This document shows, piece by piece, positions 14,114 through 25,348 of a stretch of 64,000 nt of DNA; position 1 is the stretch's first letter, and each line of letters begins with the position of its first letter. The DNA is from Eledone cirrhosa. Lineage: Eukaryota. The stretch lies in the NCBI GenBank assembly GCA_964016885.1, contig OZ024740.1, positions 153,078,001 to 153,142,000 on the forward strand, written 5' to 3'. The position numbers were made by a program, and so were the translations under genes. The notes beneath the pieces are model-generated. The model searched no databases. It was not told the origin of the DNA and saw only the letters and a program-made list of their open reading frames with translations.

Positions 14114-14639
14114 ATATATCTAGCAACCAGCCTACTTGCCGACAGGCACCAATTACAAACTTTCTGCCTTGACCACTGGCCACGTGATGATTCTTAGCCA
14201 TTTTGAATTCGTTTCTGGCGGGGATCATGTAAGAAAAATCTTTGTCCAATTGAGTTATCTCCTGATGATTTCCAAACCTCGTTGATTTATCCAAGATCAG
14301 ATATATCCAAAAATGGAATGAAACCGCCAGGAGTAGAGATATTTTGATGATTTTGGTAAGGTTTATGTACATTTTTTCTTCTAACTTTGATTTGGTACCT
14401 AATTATGTATGGTTAACTATATGTCAAGTCAATTTCTACAGGCTATTAGAAATACTAGTAAATTTTCTGTAGCTATAAGTCGCAGATAAGAAGCTATATC
14501 ATTTATCTATTGTTTCTTCATAAGGATATTTTAAACTTATAGCCTCGTTTAAATGATTTTTTGTGTGGCTGATTATGCTGATTGGGAGAAGAAATACTGT
14601 ATATATTTTATCTAATGATTCTATGGACTTAATTTTTAT

Positions 14640-16835
14640 ATATATAGTGAAAAATGGAACGGGAACAAAACAGAGAGGCAGTACGAACAAAGGTTTATTA
14701 GTTTCACACTCTTGAAAGTGTGTGTGTGTGGGGGGGGGGGGGACGTTTCGGGCATAAGCCCTTCTTCAGGCAAAAAGTGTGTGGGAAGAGAGTTCCGAGG
14801 GTGTGTAGGGGAGAGATATTTAGAAAAAAGCGGGGGAGAGGAAAAGAAGGAAAAATGGTGGAAGGGGTACAAATAAAAATAAATATAAAAATAAATATAA
14901 AAATAAACATGAAGATAAACAAGTGGTGGAAGGGTGTGGGGCGTGTAGGGTGGTGGCGGGTGGAGTGGGGAGAGGGAGGTGGGGTGTCCAAGCGGGGAGG
15001 GCTGAAGGTGGTGCATGTGTGTAGGTGTACGTGTGTATGTGAGAGTTGGAGGAAGAACGAGGTTCCATGTTCAGGAAAAGGTGTGTGTGTGTGGGGTGGG
15101 GTGTAGGTCGGTGTGTGTGGGGTGGGGTGTAGGTCGGTGTGTGTGCGCATGTGGATGAGGAGGAGTCAGAGGGGTGGGGGAGAGGGGATAGGATTCCGGA
15201 GGCTGAGTGTGTATATATGTGGGGGTATGCACGTGTGTGTGGTGTTTATACGTATTGTGGATGTAGGTGGCGTGGTAGAAAAAAAAAAATTTTTTTTAGT
15301 GTATGTCCGTGGGTAAGTTCCTAAGGTAGTTCCGTAGAGAGTGTGGTGAGTTGCCGGATATTTTCCTTGTGATGGAGTTGATGGTGGGAACGATGGCCAA
15401 TGTGTGTAATCCATGGTTGTGTTGGTCGGAAGAGGGGAGATGTGGGGTGCACGTGCAACAGGAAGTGGTCAGAGGGTCAAGGCAGGAGGGTAGAGGAGAA
15501 TGACAGGTGGAGAAGGCTGTGTGTCTGTGCGTGCGGAGAAGTGGTCAGAGCATCAAGGCATAGCAGCAGTAGAGGAGAATGGCAGGTGGAGAAAGTCGGT
15601 GTGTCAGTGTGTGCGGAGGTGCGGTGGACAGGGGGAGAGGATGGGTAGGTGTGAAAGGTGGAGTGAGGAGGGGGTCATGCAGAGGAGGGGGTGTATTAGT
15701 AGGTGTTAGTGGTATGTGTGAGTGTGTGTGTGTGAAGCGGGGAGGAGAGAAAGGTGTGGGGGACGGTGGAGGGAGTGTAGTGTACTGATGTGTGTGTGTG
15801 GTGAAGGGGGTGTTAGTATACTGGTGGTGGGGAAAGGGTTGAATGCGGGTGTGTTAGTGGGTCAGTGGTGGTAGGGTGTGTAGTGTGGGTGGTGTAAGTG
15901 GGTGTGCATGGGGTTGGGGGATGTTAGTGGTATTAGTTGTGGGGTGGTGGGAGTGGAGGTGTGGGTGAGGGTTAGTGGTGGTAGTAGGGTGTGTGGATAG
16001 TGTGAGTGCATGTATATATGTACCGGTGGGTGTGTGCGTGATAGAGGGGGGAGGAGAAATGTTAGTATTGTTAGTTGTGGGGTGGGTGGTGAAAAGGAGG
16101 AATGTGTTAGTGGGGGATATGTGTGGGTGGAGGGGAGGAACAGGGCGATCGACGGCTAAAGGAATAGGGGTGGGTAGTTCAGGCCGGGGGGAAGTGTGGG
16201 TCTGTAGGGTGAAGATGGTGCGTTGTTCGACCCTGAGGAGGGTGGCGGGTGTTCCGTGGCATTGGAGTAGGCCACAGACGCGGAATGTCCAGGGGAGCCA
16301 AAGTAGCGGGCGATGGGGGAACTACCGCCGAGACGAATATCCCGGAGGTGTTCGGTGAAATGGTTCGCCAGGCGACGTCGTAGGTTGCGCTACACTCCGT
16401 GCAGCGAAGTCCATAGACTAGGTTGGAGGAGGTGCAGCATAAAGCGTGCCAGACAGAGAGAGAGTGGCCATTGGGACCATGGAAGGTGGTGGTGTTGGTG
16501 ATGTGGGACAGGTTTTGCAACGAGGCCTGGGAACTGGGGGGAGGGGGAGCTGCGGATGAGGAGGGTGCGGAAATTGCGTGCGCGTTTGAAGGAGGGGAGT
16601 GGTGGGGATGGGAAGATGTGGGAGGTAGAGGGGTCGGACTGGACGTACCGGAAGAGGCGGAGGATGGTGTGGTGGAGGGGTGGTTGGTGATGGGGAAGGG
16701 GAGACGGTGGGTGGGTGTGCGGTAGCGTGGGGAGAGGGTGGTGGAGCGGTGGACAGCACGGGCGCGAGTGAGGGCGGTGTGGACAATGGAGAGGGGTAAC
16801 CTCTGTGGATGAAATGGCTGACCAGGGAAAGGGCC
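14640..16835 (-). mobile_element. Penelope-like element, 3' portion (GIY-YIG endonuclease remnant, C-rich tail, pseudo-LTR end)
   Basis: Minus-strand motifs FIHRGYP, IFPSPPLPSFKRARNFRTLLIRS, CTSSNLVYGLRCTEC and RRLANHFTEHLRDIR, followed by a hammerhead core, AATAAA and a (TA)n end. Confidence 0.85.
14741..14770 (-). ncRNA. Minimal hammerhead ribozyme core of the Penelope-like element
   Basis: Minus strand reads c-CTGAAGA-a-GGGC-ttat-GCCC-GAAA-CGTC: CUGANGA box, 4-bp stem II, GAAA box, palindromic ACGT and GUC. Helix I pairing is not evident. Confidence 0.72.
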
Positions 16836-19444
16836 TGGGACTCAAAGTCAGCATCTCGGCTATCTTCAACTGTATCATTGATAAACTTGCAAATATCAAC
16901 ATGACCAAGTGTTATCTAATAACAATACACTTATGGCCTTATCTAACTGAATATCTCTCCTACTTTCTAGCAAATTTTTCATGTAGATTAAATGATCATT
17001 TGCTATATTAATGTTACCATAACCCACTAGAAACACTATGGAACAACAAAAAATTAAAGGTACAACGCATTTTTGCCAGCTGAGTGGACTAGAGCAACAT
17101 GAAATAAAAGGTTTTTGCTCAAGGATATAATTCTCTGCCAGGAATCAAACATGACTTTCAGTTGTGAGCTGAACACCATACCACTAATACACACACCTAT
17201 ATTACAATAATAAAAATAACAGGACCAATACTGTGAAACTTAAAGAAAATGAAGACAATAGTAGTTGGAGCAACAGAAAAAGGGAACAGGTGGTGACAGC
17301 AACAGCTTATGCATAGAAAGTTGCTTAAGTAATCTATAAATAGATTCACTATGTTTTTCTTTTAATAACATGTATTTTTAAGTGATTTCAACTGCTTTTA
17401 GTGTTCTGTTGAGCTTTTTATTTTCCCAGTAGTTCTCTGTACAAAATTGGGTAATTTCAATTGTATAGTGACCCATTTGGATATTTACCATACTCATTTT
17501 CTAATGTTAAATACTGGTCAAAAGAATTATATACAATAATGGGCTGTGTAAATAACTTGTTTGAGAATTGTTATTCTATCTATTTTATTGTTCTTGCTTA
17601 TTGGTTATTGGTTCCAGTGGATAAAATGGCAAATGCATTACTACAGGGAATGGTAAAGGAGATACAATGTAAGAGCCACTCCAACCAGGGGAATCATTCT
17701 TTCAGATGGCCATCCTGATCCAAATCACACTAATTAGTGGGGTTCTCAGGGACACAGGATGCCAGTTGTTTCTACTGTCATGGGTTCAATGAGAAAGAGT
17801 TTTGTACCCAAACCTCTGTGTTTGAAGAACTGAGAAAAGCTCTGCATCTCAGTGTACAAGTGTTAGTGTCAGCCATGTTATGTTTAATATATATATATAT
17901 TAAACATAACAGTAATATATATAATGGCAGTATTTGAGGAGTTTATTTTGTGTTTGTTTGGTATTTGCAAATCAATTGTACGGTCAATATCAGATGTTTA
18001 AAAGCCAGAATACTGTATACCAACAAAAAGATTCCAGCTATTTGAAGTCTCAAACAGGTATATTTAAATTTGAATTGTATTCCCATTTTCTCTCCTGTCA
18101 ATTTGACAGGACCAGAAAAAATGTTTTTTTTGCAGTTGACTTCTTTTAAACATTTCATTACCATATTTATAATCAAAGACACTATGATTTTCAAATAATT
18201 TTGAATATAATCAATAATTTGGAGGTGTTTAGTAATAAAACTAAATATTTCTTTCAACTTGTGTTTGAAACATAACATGAAATTACAACTGAAAATTTTT
18301 AGATAAATATAAACACTTTAAAATATACAGCTTTGTATCATAAAACGGGTTAATTTCAGGCAATATGATATCAAAAGAGTTAAAGTAGTTCGCAATGGTA
18401 ATTCTGTCTAAATAATTATGAATTACTCTTGTTTTTAAACCAGTGCGTTATCGTTTCTCTTCCAAAGTATTATAACCTTCTGAGTTGCTTATTCCTAAAA
18501 TTCACTTCAAGTCAATGCAGTTAACTTCTAGCTAACCTTTGTATCTTTACACTATGGAAAAAGTTTCAACATAATACAGAAAGATGTTTCTTCTTTCTAG
18601 GTAAAAAAAAAAAAGAAGATACTAATTATTGAACATCTTTATTACACTTATTTCAATTTCCTTTATGTTTAATTCTATCTACCATATATACACAAATATT
18701 AGCCAAGGAATATATGACCAAAAATTGATAAAATGGGAAGTCACCTTATATTTGAGGTCAATATTTTGACAATTTTCACAAACTTCAAATTCTATGTAAA
18801 TTTAAGGTGCTTAAAATATCTCGAGTGATTATTTTACAATGAAACACCATTTTTCTAGATTTACTACAATGTCATTAATGTTATACATGTATGTATGCTG
18901 ACTCTTTTACTAACTTAACACCTTTTCTTTCAATCTTACATTCTCTTTTCCTTCTCTCATTCTTGTCTCTCTTTTTCTTGCTCTGCCTCCCCTGTCTCTC
19001 ACTGGTCTCTCCCCCTCCCTTTTCTACTCTATGAACCTCTATACAAAGTTCTCATTCAATTGCTTGCTTTAAAAGTACTTCCGGCATGTGAGTGGCCAGA
19101 AGTAAACAAGAATTTGAGAAACTTATTGAAACTATAAAAGGGAGATGGTAAAAAAGCATTATGCAATGGAGTTGTGAAAACAAAATCTACACTCTAAATG
19201 ACAGTTAAAACATTTTAAACATCAAAATATTAAAACTTTATAGATATATTTTATACTCATGAGAATTTCAAAACTACGCCATGTAAACATGTGTTGATTA
19301 GCTGCCTCAGCTTATAAACAGGGTTTGGATATTTGCCCATTTCTCAGACATAAGATTGGGGAGGCATCGGCTTATATTCAAGTATATATAGTAACTACTC
19401 TAAGATGTTTAATTATTTGTAGAAGTATAGAAATGAGATTACAC

Positions 19445-22400
19445 ATAATACCAAGCACCCACGTGAAGCGCCAACCCAGAGACCCTCCCCTACGAGTGTC
19501 GACAAATGCCCCAAACTCCGAGTTGGTACCATCAATGTAGGCTCAATGAAAGGAAGAGCAGGAGAAATCGTAGAAATGCTAGAGCGAAAGGAAGTTGATG
19601 TATGCTGTGTGCAAGAGACTAGATGGAGAGGAGGGTCTGCTAGAGTCCTTGTAGGAAAAAGCCAGTGCTACAAATTTTTCTGGGTGGGAAATGACGATGG
19701 GATGGGTGGTGTAGGTATACTATTAGCTGACAAGTGGGTAGATAAAGTAATCTCAGTGTACAGGGTAAATGCAAGAATCATTAAACTCAGACTAGTCCTG
19801 AATAAGACAATTACCACAATAATATCAGCTTACGCACCCCAATCGGGGCTGCCAGACGAACTTAAGGATAGGTTTTACGAGTCCCTAATACACACTACTG
19901 CTCTAACAGACGACAAGGACTTCCTAATCATTGCAGGAGATTTTAACGGACACGTAGGTAAACACTGCGATGGCTTCAATAGAGTACATGGAGGCCATGG
20001 AGTTGGCACAAGGAATGAGGAAGGATTCAGGCTTCTAGAATTCTGCGACGCCAATGACATGTCGATATGTAACACAAACTTTAAAAAACCCAACAACCAC
20101 CTGATCACCTATAGATCAGGGGAGCACTCTAGTCAGTTAGATTTTATCCTCATCAGAGGACGTGACAGATGGACGGTCGTAAACACAAAAGCCTTCCCTA
20201 GTGAGGAATGTACATCCCAACATAGCTTAGTTGTCAGCGACCTCACGGTCAGAACTAGACGAGCCCTGAAACAGAGGCCAACCTGGAGAAGAAAGATCTG
20301 GAAGCTGAAAGTCCCCTCAACCAGTAACAGATTTAAAGATATTTTACTCAACGCCTACGACAGTAAAGAAGAACAGATAGAGACATTTAACGTAGAAGAG
20401 AACTGGGAGTTCCTAAAAAATAACTTACTAGAGGCGACGGATGAGGTTTGTGGCTGGAGTAAGACCTCAAGCAGGAGGAGAGTGACTTGGTGGTGGAACA
20501 ATAAGGTAGATGAAGCAGTCAAGGCCAAGAGACAGGCATGGAAAGAATGGAAGAACGGGGGGAGCAGGGTACATTACATAGAGACCAAGAGGGAAGCTAG
20601 GCGACAAGTATACTTAGCTAGGAGGGAAGCAGAGGATAGAAAATTCAAGCATGTTTTACAACGTGAGGACCAGAAACAGGAGGTATTCAAGATTGCGAGG
20701 CAGTGTGTCAGAGATAGTTGTGATGTCATTGGAGAGAAGTGTATCCGGAATGATAAAGGTGAGCTTGCCCTCACAAGTGCTGAGAAGAAAGATGCATGGA
20801 AGAGTCATTATGATAGATTACTAAATGAGGAGAATGCATGGGAAGAAGAGACCCTACCCCACGTAGACCCTATAGAGGGACCAGCAGTACAAGTCAGTGG
20901 CAGCGTAGTAAGTAAGGCAATCAGAGATATGAAGATAGGGAAGGCAACCGGTCCATCGGGTATAGCTGCCGAGATGCTGAAGGCATCTGGGTCTGTAGGT
21001 CACACTATAACCACACGTATCGTTAACCAGGTAATACTAGAGGGGGCCATACCAAAAGATTGGTGCAGTAGCATCATTGTCAACTGCTACAAAGGTAAAG
21101 GCGATGCACTAGATAGAGGAAACTATAGAGGTATAAAGTTGATGGACCAGGTCATGAAAGTAACAGAAAGAGTTATAGCACAGCTGATTAGGGACCGGGT
21201 GAATATAGACGAGATGCAATTTGGGTTTGTACCAGGGAAAGGCACCACTGATGCCCTCTTCCTTGTGAGGCAATTACAGGAAAAGTACCTAGCTAAAAGT
21301 AAGCCACTCTACTTGGCATTTGTCGACCTTGAGAAAGCCTTTGACAGAGTTCCACGTGCAGTAATCTGGTGGGCCCTTAGAAAACTAGGAGTAGATGAAT
21401 GGCTTGTGAAAGCGGTACAAGCCATGTATAGGGGAGCAGTCAGCAAAGTTAGGATTGGCAATGAGTATAGCGAGGAATTTAGCGTACAGGTTGGGGTCCA
21501 CCAGGGCTCTGTTCTTAGCCCTCTCCTGTTCATCATAGTCCTGCAGGCAATAACGGAGGAGTTTAAGACCGGATGCCCATGGGAACTCCTGTATGCTGAT
21601 GACCTCGCACTCATAGCTGAATCTATGGTAGAACTAGAGAATAAATTCCAAACCTGGAAGCAGGGACTAGAGAGAAAGGGCCTCAAAGTCAACATGACAA
21701 AGACTAAGGTCCTTATAAGTAGACGAGAAAACAGAACCCAGATCCCCTCAGGGAAATGGCCTTGCTCAGTATGTAGGAAAGGTGTAGGTAGGAACTCCAT
21801 TCTCTGCCCCAAATGCAAACAATGGGTACACAAGAGATGTAGCGGGATCTCAGGAAGCTTAATTAAGAATGTAGGATTCACATGCAGCAGCTGTGCTGAA
21901 ACAGCAAGCAAACAGCCACAGGAAACAAGTACCACCAATCTCTGGGAGGGCCCTGTAGAAACAGTAGACAGCTTCTGCTACCTAGGTGACCGAATTAGCA
22001 ACGGAGGTGGGTGCTCAGAAAGTACAATAACTAGGGTAAGAACGGGATGGAAGAAGTTTAGGGAACTACTACCACTGCTAGCTGCAAAAGGCTTCTCCCT
22101 CAGAATGAAAGGCAGACTGTATGATGCGTGTATCCGAACAGCGATGTTGCATGGTAGTGAGACCTGGGCGCTGAAGGTGGAAGACTTACGTAGATTAGAG
22201 AGAAACGAAGCCTGCATGCTCCGATGGATGTGTAACAGTAATATACGTGAACGACAAAGCATAAAGGAATTGAGAGAGAGACTGAGCATAAGAGGAATCA
22301 AATGCTGCGTGCAGGAGAGGCGGTTCCGCTGGTATGGACATGTGATGCGTATGAAGGATGACAGCTGCATAAAAAGGTGCAGAGCACTAGAAGTTGATGG

Positions 22401-22554
22401 AAACCGCGGAGTGGGGAGACCCAAGATGACTTGGGATGAGGTGATAAAAGCCGACCTTACCCAACTACACCTCTCAAAGTCAATGACACACGACCGTGAC
22501 TTCTGGCGTCACGCAGTAATACAGGGTACCCGACCTCCCATGGGTACATGCTGA
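19445..22554 (+). mobile_element. RTE LINE with an uninterrupted ORF, antisense within the STT3B intron
   Basis: Composition shifts near 19445. Single open frame with APE, RT and a Cys/His finger. Its own 3'UTR is not recognisable. Confidence 0.95.
19546..22554 (+). CDS. RTE polyprotein, 1002 aa: AP endonuclease + reverse transcriptase + PHD-like finger
   Basis: APE motifs VQETRW, AGDFNGH, LDFIL and SQH. RT motifs NYRGIKL, QFGF, FVDLEKAFD, GVHQGSVLSP and YADD. Finger CSVC...CPKCKQWVHKRC...CSSC. Confidence 0.93.
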   Translation: MKGRAGEIVEMLERKEVDVCCVQETRWRGGSARVLVGKSQCYKFFWVGNDDGMGGVGILLADKWVDKVISVYRVNARIIKLRLVLNKTITTIISAYAPQSGLPDELKDRFYESLIHTTALTDDKDFLIIAGDFNGHVGKHCDGFNRVHGGHGVGTRNEEGFRLLEFCDANDMSICNTNFKKPNNHLITYRSGEHSSQLDFILIRGRDRWTVVNTKAFPSEECTSQHSLVVSDLTVRTRRALKQRPTWRRKIWKLKVPSTSNRFKDILLNAYDSKEEQIETFNVEENWEFLKNNLLEATDEVCGWSKTSSRRRVTWWWNNKVDEAVKAKRQAWKEWKNGGSRVHYIETKREARRQVYLARREAEDRKFKHVLQREDQKQEVFKIARQCVRDSCDVIGEKCIRNDKGELALTSAEKKDAWKSHYDRLLNEENAWEEETLPHVDPIEGPAVQVSGSVVSKAIRDMKIGKATGPSGIAAEMLKASGSVGHTITTRIVNQVILEGAIPKDWCSSIIVNCYKGKGDALDRGNYRGIKLMDQVMKVTERVIAQLIRDRVNIDEMQFGFVPGKGTTDALFLVRQLQEKYLAKSKPLYLAFVDLEKAFDRVPRAVIWWALRKLGVDEWLVKAVQAMYRGAVSKVRIGNEYSEEFSVQVGVHQGSVLSPLLFIIVLQAITEEFKTGCPWELLYADDLALIAESMVELENKFQTWKQGLERKGLKVNMTKTKVLISRRENRTQIPSGKWPCSVCRKGVGRNSILCPKCKQWVHKRCSGISGSLIKNVGFTCSSCAETASKQPQETSTTNLWEGPVETVDSFCYLGDRISNGGGCSESTITRVRTGWKKFRELLPLLAAKGFSLRMKGRLYDACIRTAMLHGSETWALKVEDLRRLERNEACMLRWMCNSNIRERQSIKELRERLSIRGIKCCVQERRFRWYGHVMRMKDDSCIKRCRALEVDGNRGVGRPKMTWDEVIKADLTQLHLSKSMTHDRDFWRHAVIQGTRPPMGTC

Positions 22555-22574
22555 AGCATATAAACAATATGGAA

Positions 22575-23343
22575 ATGGCCATGTTCGATATGTAGGAAAG
22601 GAACTGGCATAAATTCCATAAAATGTACGCAATGCAGATCTTGGGTACACAAGAGATGTAGTGAGATAGCAGGCAAACTAACAGGTAGGGAAAACTACAT
22701 ATGCAGTAGATGTACAAGGAAAATTAGCAGTAGTAATCGCTGTGATAGACTCATTTTTCCAATGCAGGTGGGTTCTATAGAAGTGGTTGATAGCTTCCGA
22801 TACCTAGGTGTTCCGAGGCCATAGTATCTAGAATAATGACGGGTTGGAAGAAGTTTAGGGAGCTGCTTCTGTTGACAAAGAAGGGTTTCTCCCTGCATAT
22901 GAAAGGATGGTTATATGATGCCGATGCGCGATGCTGCATGGTAGTGAGATATGGGCAGCAACTGCAGAGAAATGAAGCAAGTATGCTCCGTTGGATGTGC
23001 AATGTCAATGTGCGTGAATAACCAAGCATAGACGAGTTGAGAAAGAAACTGGGTATAAGAGGGATAAGTTGTGGTGTGCAGGAGAGAAGGCTGAGATGGT
23101 ATGGACATGTGATGCGCATGGAGGATGACCGCTGGGTAAAGAAGTGCCAAGAAATCACAGTAGAAGGAAGACGCAGTAGAGGTAGACTGCGAAAAACATG
23201 GGCGGAGGTTGTGAGAGCTGACCTCAGATCGCTGAAACTCACCGAGGAGATGACGAAGGACCATGACAAGTGGAGAGATGCTGTGCTGAATAGGACCCGT
23301 CCAACCCTTGCGAGCGGGGAAAAGCGGACGTAAAAAATGATGT
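22575..23343 (+). mobile_element. Older RTE subfamily 3' fragment abutting the intact copy
   Basis: Restarts at GKWPCSICRK and continues RLRWYGHVMRM...KTWAEVV. Ends with the RTE tail ccaacccttgc...gcggacgtaaaaaatgatg. Frameshifted. Confidence 0.88.
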
Positions 23344-24159
23344 GAACACACAAAACAACATATGGCATGGTCAAGGGAGATGACTCATCAACTATTTTTC
23401 AATAGAATTCTAAACTATAAAATTGTTTTAGGTGGTTACTCTGAAACTCAACAAACATTTCATTTATTTCTGCTGCAAAATTAGCAAAAAGGTGTAGTTG
23501 TGACTAAGTGAACAGGTTCTACGATTTTGTTAATTCATGTAATCAATACAGATTTTTTTCATTAACTACTGCTAGTTTGATATTCTTACACTCACATTAC
23601 TAATTCATCTAATTCTTATCAATTCACATATATGACTATATATAGTATGCCTTTTATCATTTCTTCATTACTCTCAAATAACGTGAACAGGCTAGCATCC
23701 GGGCTTATTCAAAATTATTTCTTCTTTTTATCAACTGTCACTTGTGTTGCCAGATCATTTTCATAAAAAGTTCAAATTTTTCAAGTAGAATATTGTTAGA
23801 AAGTAGCCTAAAACAAAAAATGTTGCTAGTATATATATATTCGTTTCTGCCACAGCCTACTCTCTTCTATCTTTCTATTTCTTCTTTAATTTCTCATTGT
23901 ATTTTCTAGTGTCTGAAACGTTAAGGCTCTTTTCTTACTCTATCAAGCATAAAACTAATAATATTCTTCATTGTACTCTGTCATTTGCTTTGTTATTTCT
24001 GTTTGCCTTTTGCATACAAATGTATAGACTGAGATAAAGTTAATATAAAGAATGATGTGCCCATGTGCAAAGATGCACTATAATATAGATAGTGGCATGC
24101 TCGTGCATGGAGATGCTATGTATGAGCACATCACTATATATATATAAATACTATATATA

Positions 24160-25348
24160 TATAGTGGACAGCTTCCGCTTCCGTTACCTGGGTGACAAAA
24201 TCAGCAGTGGGGGAGGGTGCTCTGAAAGTACAGTAGCTAGAGTCAGAACTGGATGGAAAAAGTTCAGAGAGCTTATACCACTATTAGCCGCTAAAGGGTT
24301 CTCCCTAAAAATGAAAGGCAGGCTGTATGATGCCTGCATACGAACAGCAATGTTGCATGGCAGTGAGACCTGGGCATTGTGTGCAGAGGATATACGCAGA
24401 CTGGAGAGGAACAAAGCTTGCATGCTCTGCTGGATGTGTAATAGTAATATACGTGAACGGCAAAGCATAAACGAACTAAGGGAAAAATTAGAAATAAGAG
24501 GGATCAGATGTTGTTTACTCGAGAGAAGGCTACGTTGGTATGGTCACGTGATGCGCATGAAAGACGACAGCTGTATAAAAAAGTGCAGGGCAATAAAGAT
24601 AGACGGTAGCCACGGAGTAGGCAGACCCAGGAAAACCTGGGATGACCTGATAAATTCCGACCTCACACACTTACACCTCTCCAAGACAATGTCACTGGAC
24701 CGAGACCTTTGGCGGTACTCAGTAATAGAGAAGATCCGCCTTACCTAAATACAAAGTAAAACCTACTACAGTCAGTAGGCATCTCTAACAAAATACACCC
24801 CCGTCCCACCACCCCCACTTTCAATGTAAAGTTATGTTGGTGCCACAACATCCAGGCCGAAACAAATGAGATCGTGTAGGTGTCACGACAAAAAAACACA
24901 GTCCACGCTGTAATGTGGCCGTGTAGGTAACACGGTAAAAACCTCCCAGTCCACACTGTAAATGTGGTTGGTGTTAGGAAGGGCATCCAGCTGTAGAAAA
25001 CCCGCCAGACAGTCCACGCTGTAATGTGGCCGTGTAGGCAACACGGTAAAAACCTCCCAGTCCACACTGTAAATGTGGTTGGTGTTAGGAAGGGCATCCA
25101 GCTGTAGAAAACCTGCCAGACAGTCCACGCTGTAATGTGGCCGTGTAGGCAACACGGTAAAAACCTCCCAGTCCACACTGTAAATGTGGTTGGTGTTAGG
25201 AAGGGCATTCAGCTGTAGAAAACCCGCCAGATAGTCCTATGCGAGCAAGACAACCATTCTTGCCTCAAGTGGGAAAACGCCCGTCCAAACCCATGCAAGC
25301 GTGGAGCATGGACGTTAAACGATGATGATGATGATGATGATGATGATA
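24160..25348 (+). mobile_element. 5'-truncated RTE (same subfamily as 10795-14113)
   Basis: Peptide nearly identical to 13140-13726. Begins after (TA)n and ends in (GAT)n. Confidence 0.93.
24899..25231 (+). repeat. 3 x 111-bp tandem repeat within the RTE 3'UTR
   Basis: Units start cagtccacgctgtaatgtggcc at 24899, 25010 and 25121. Sister elements carry a single copy. Confidence 0.95.

Noticed and set aside
14636-16358. Many overlapping Gly/Val/Pro/His-rich ORFs
   Set aside because: They are by-products of G/T low-complexity sequence that is poor in stop codons.
21309-22424. Long antisense ORFs over the RTE and CR1 ORFs
   Set aside because: They are shadow frames of the sense-strand coding sequence.
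24899-25231. Regularly spaced repeats resembling a CRISPR array
   Set aside because: The whole 111-bp units are near-identical with no unique spacers, they lie in a LINE 3'UTR, and there are no cas genes in this eukaryotic context.
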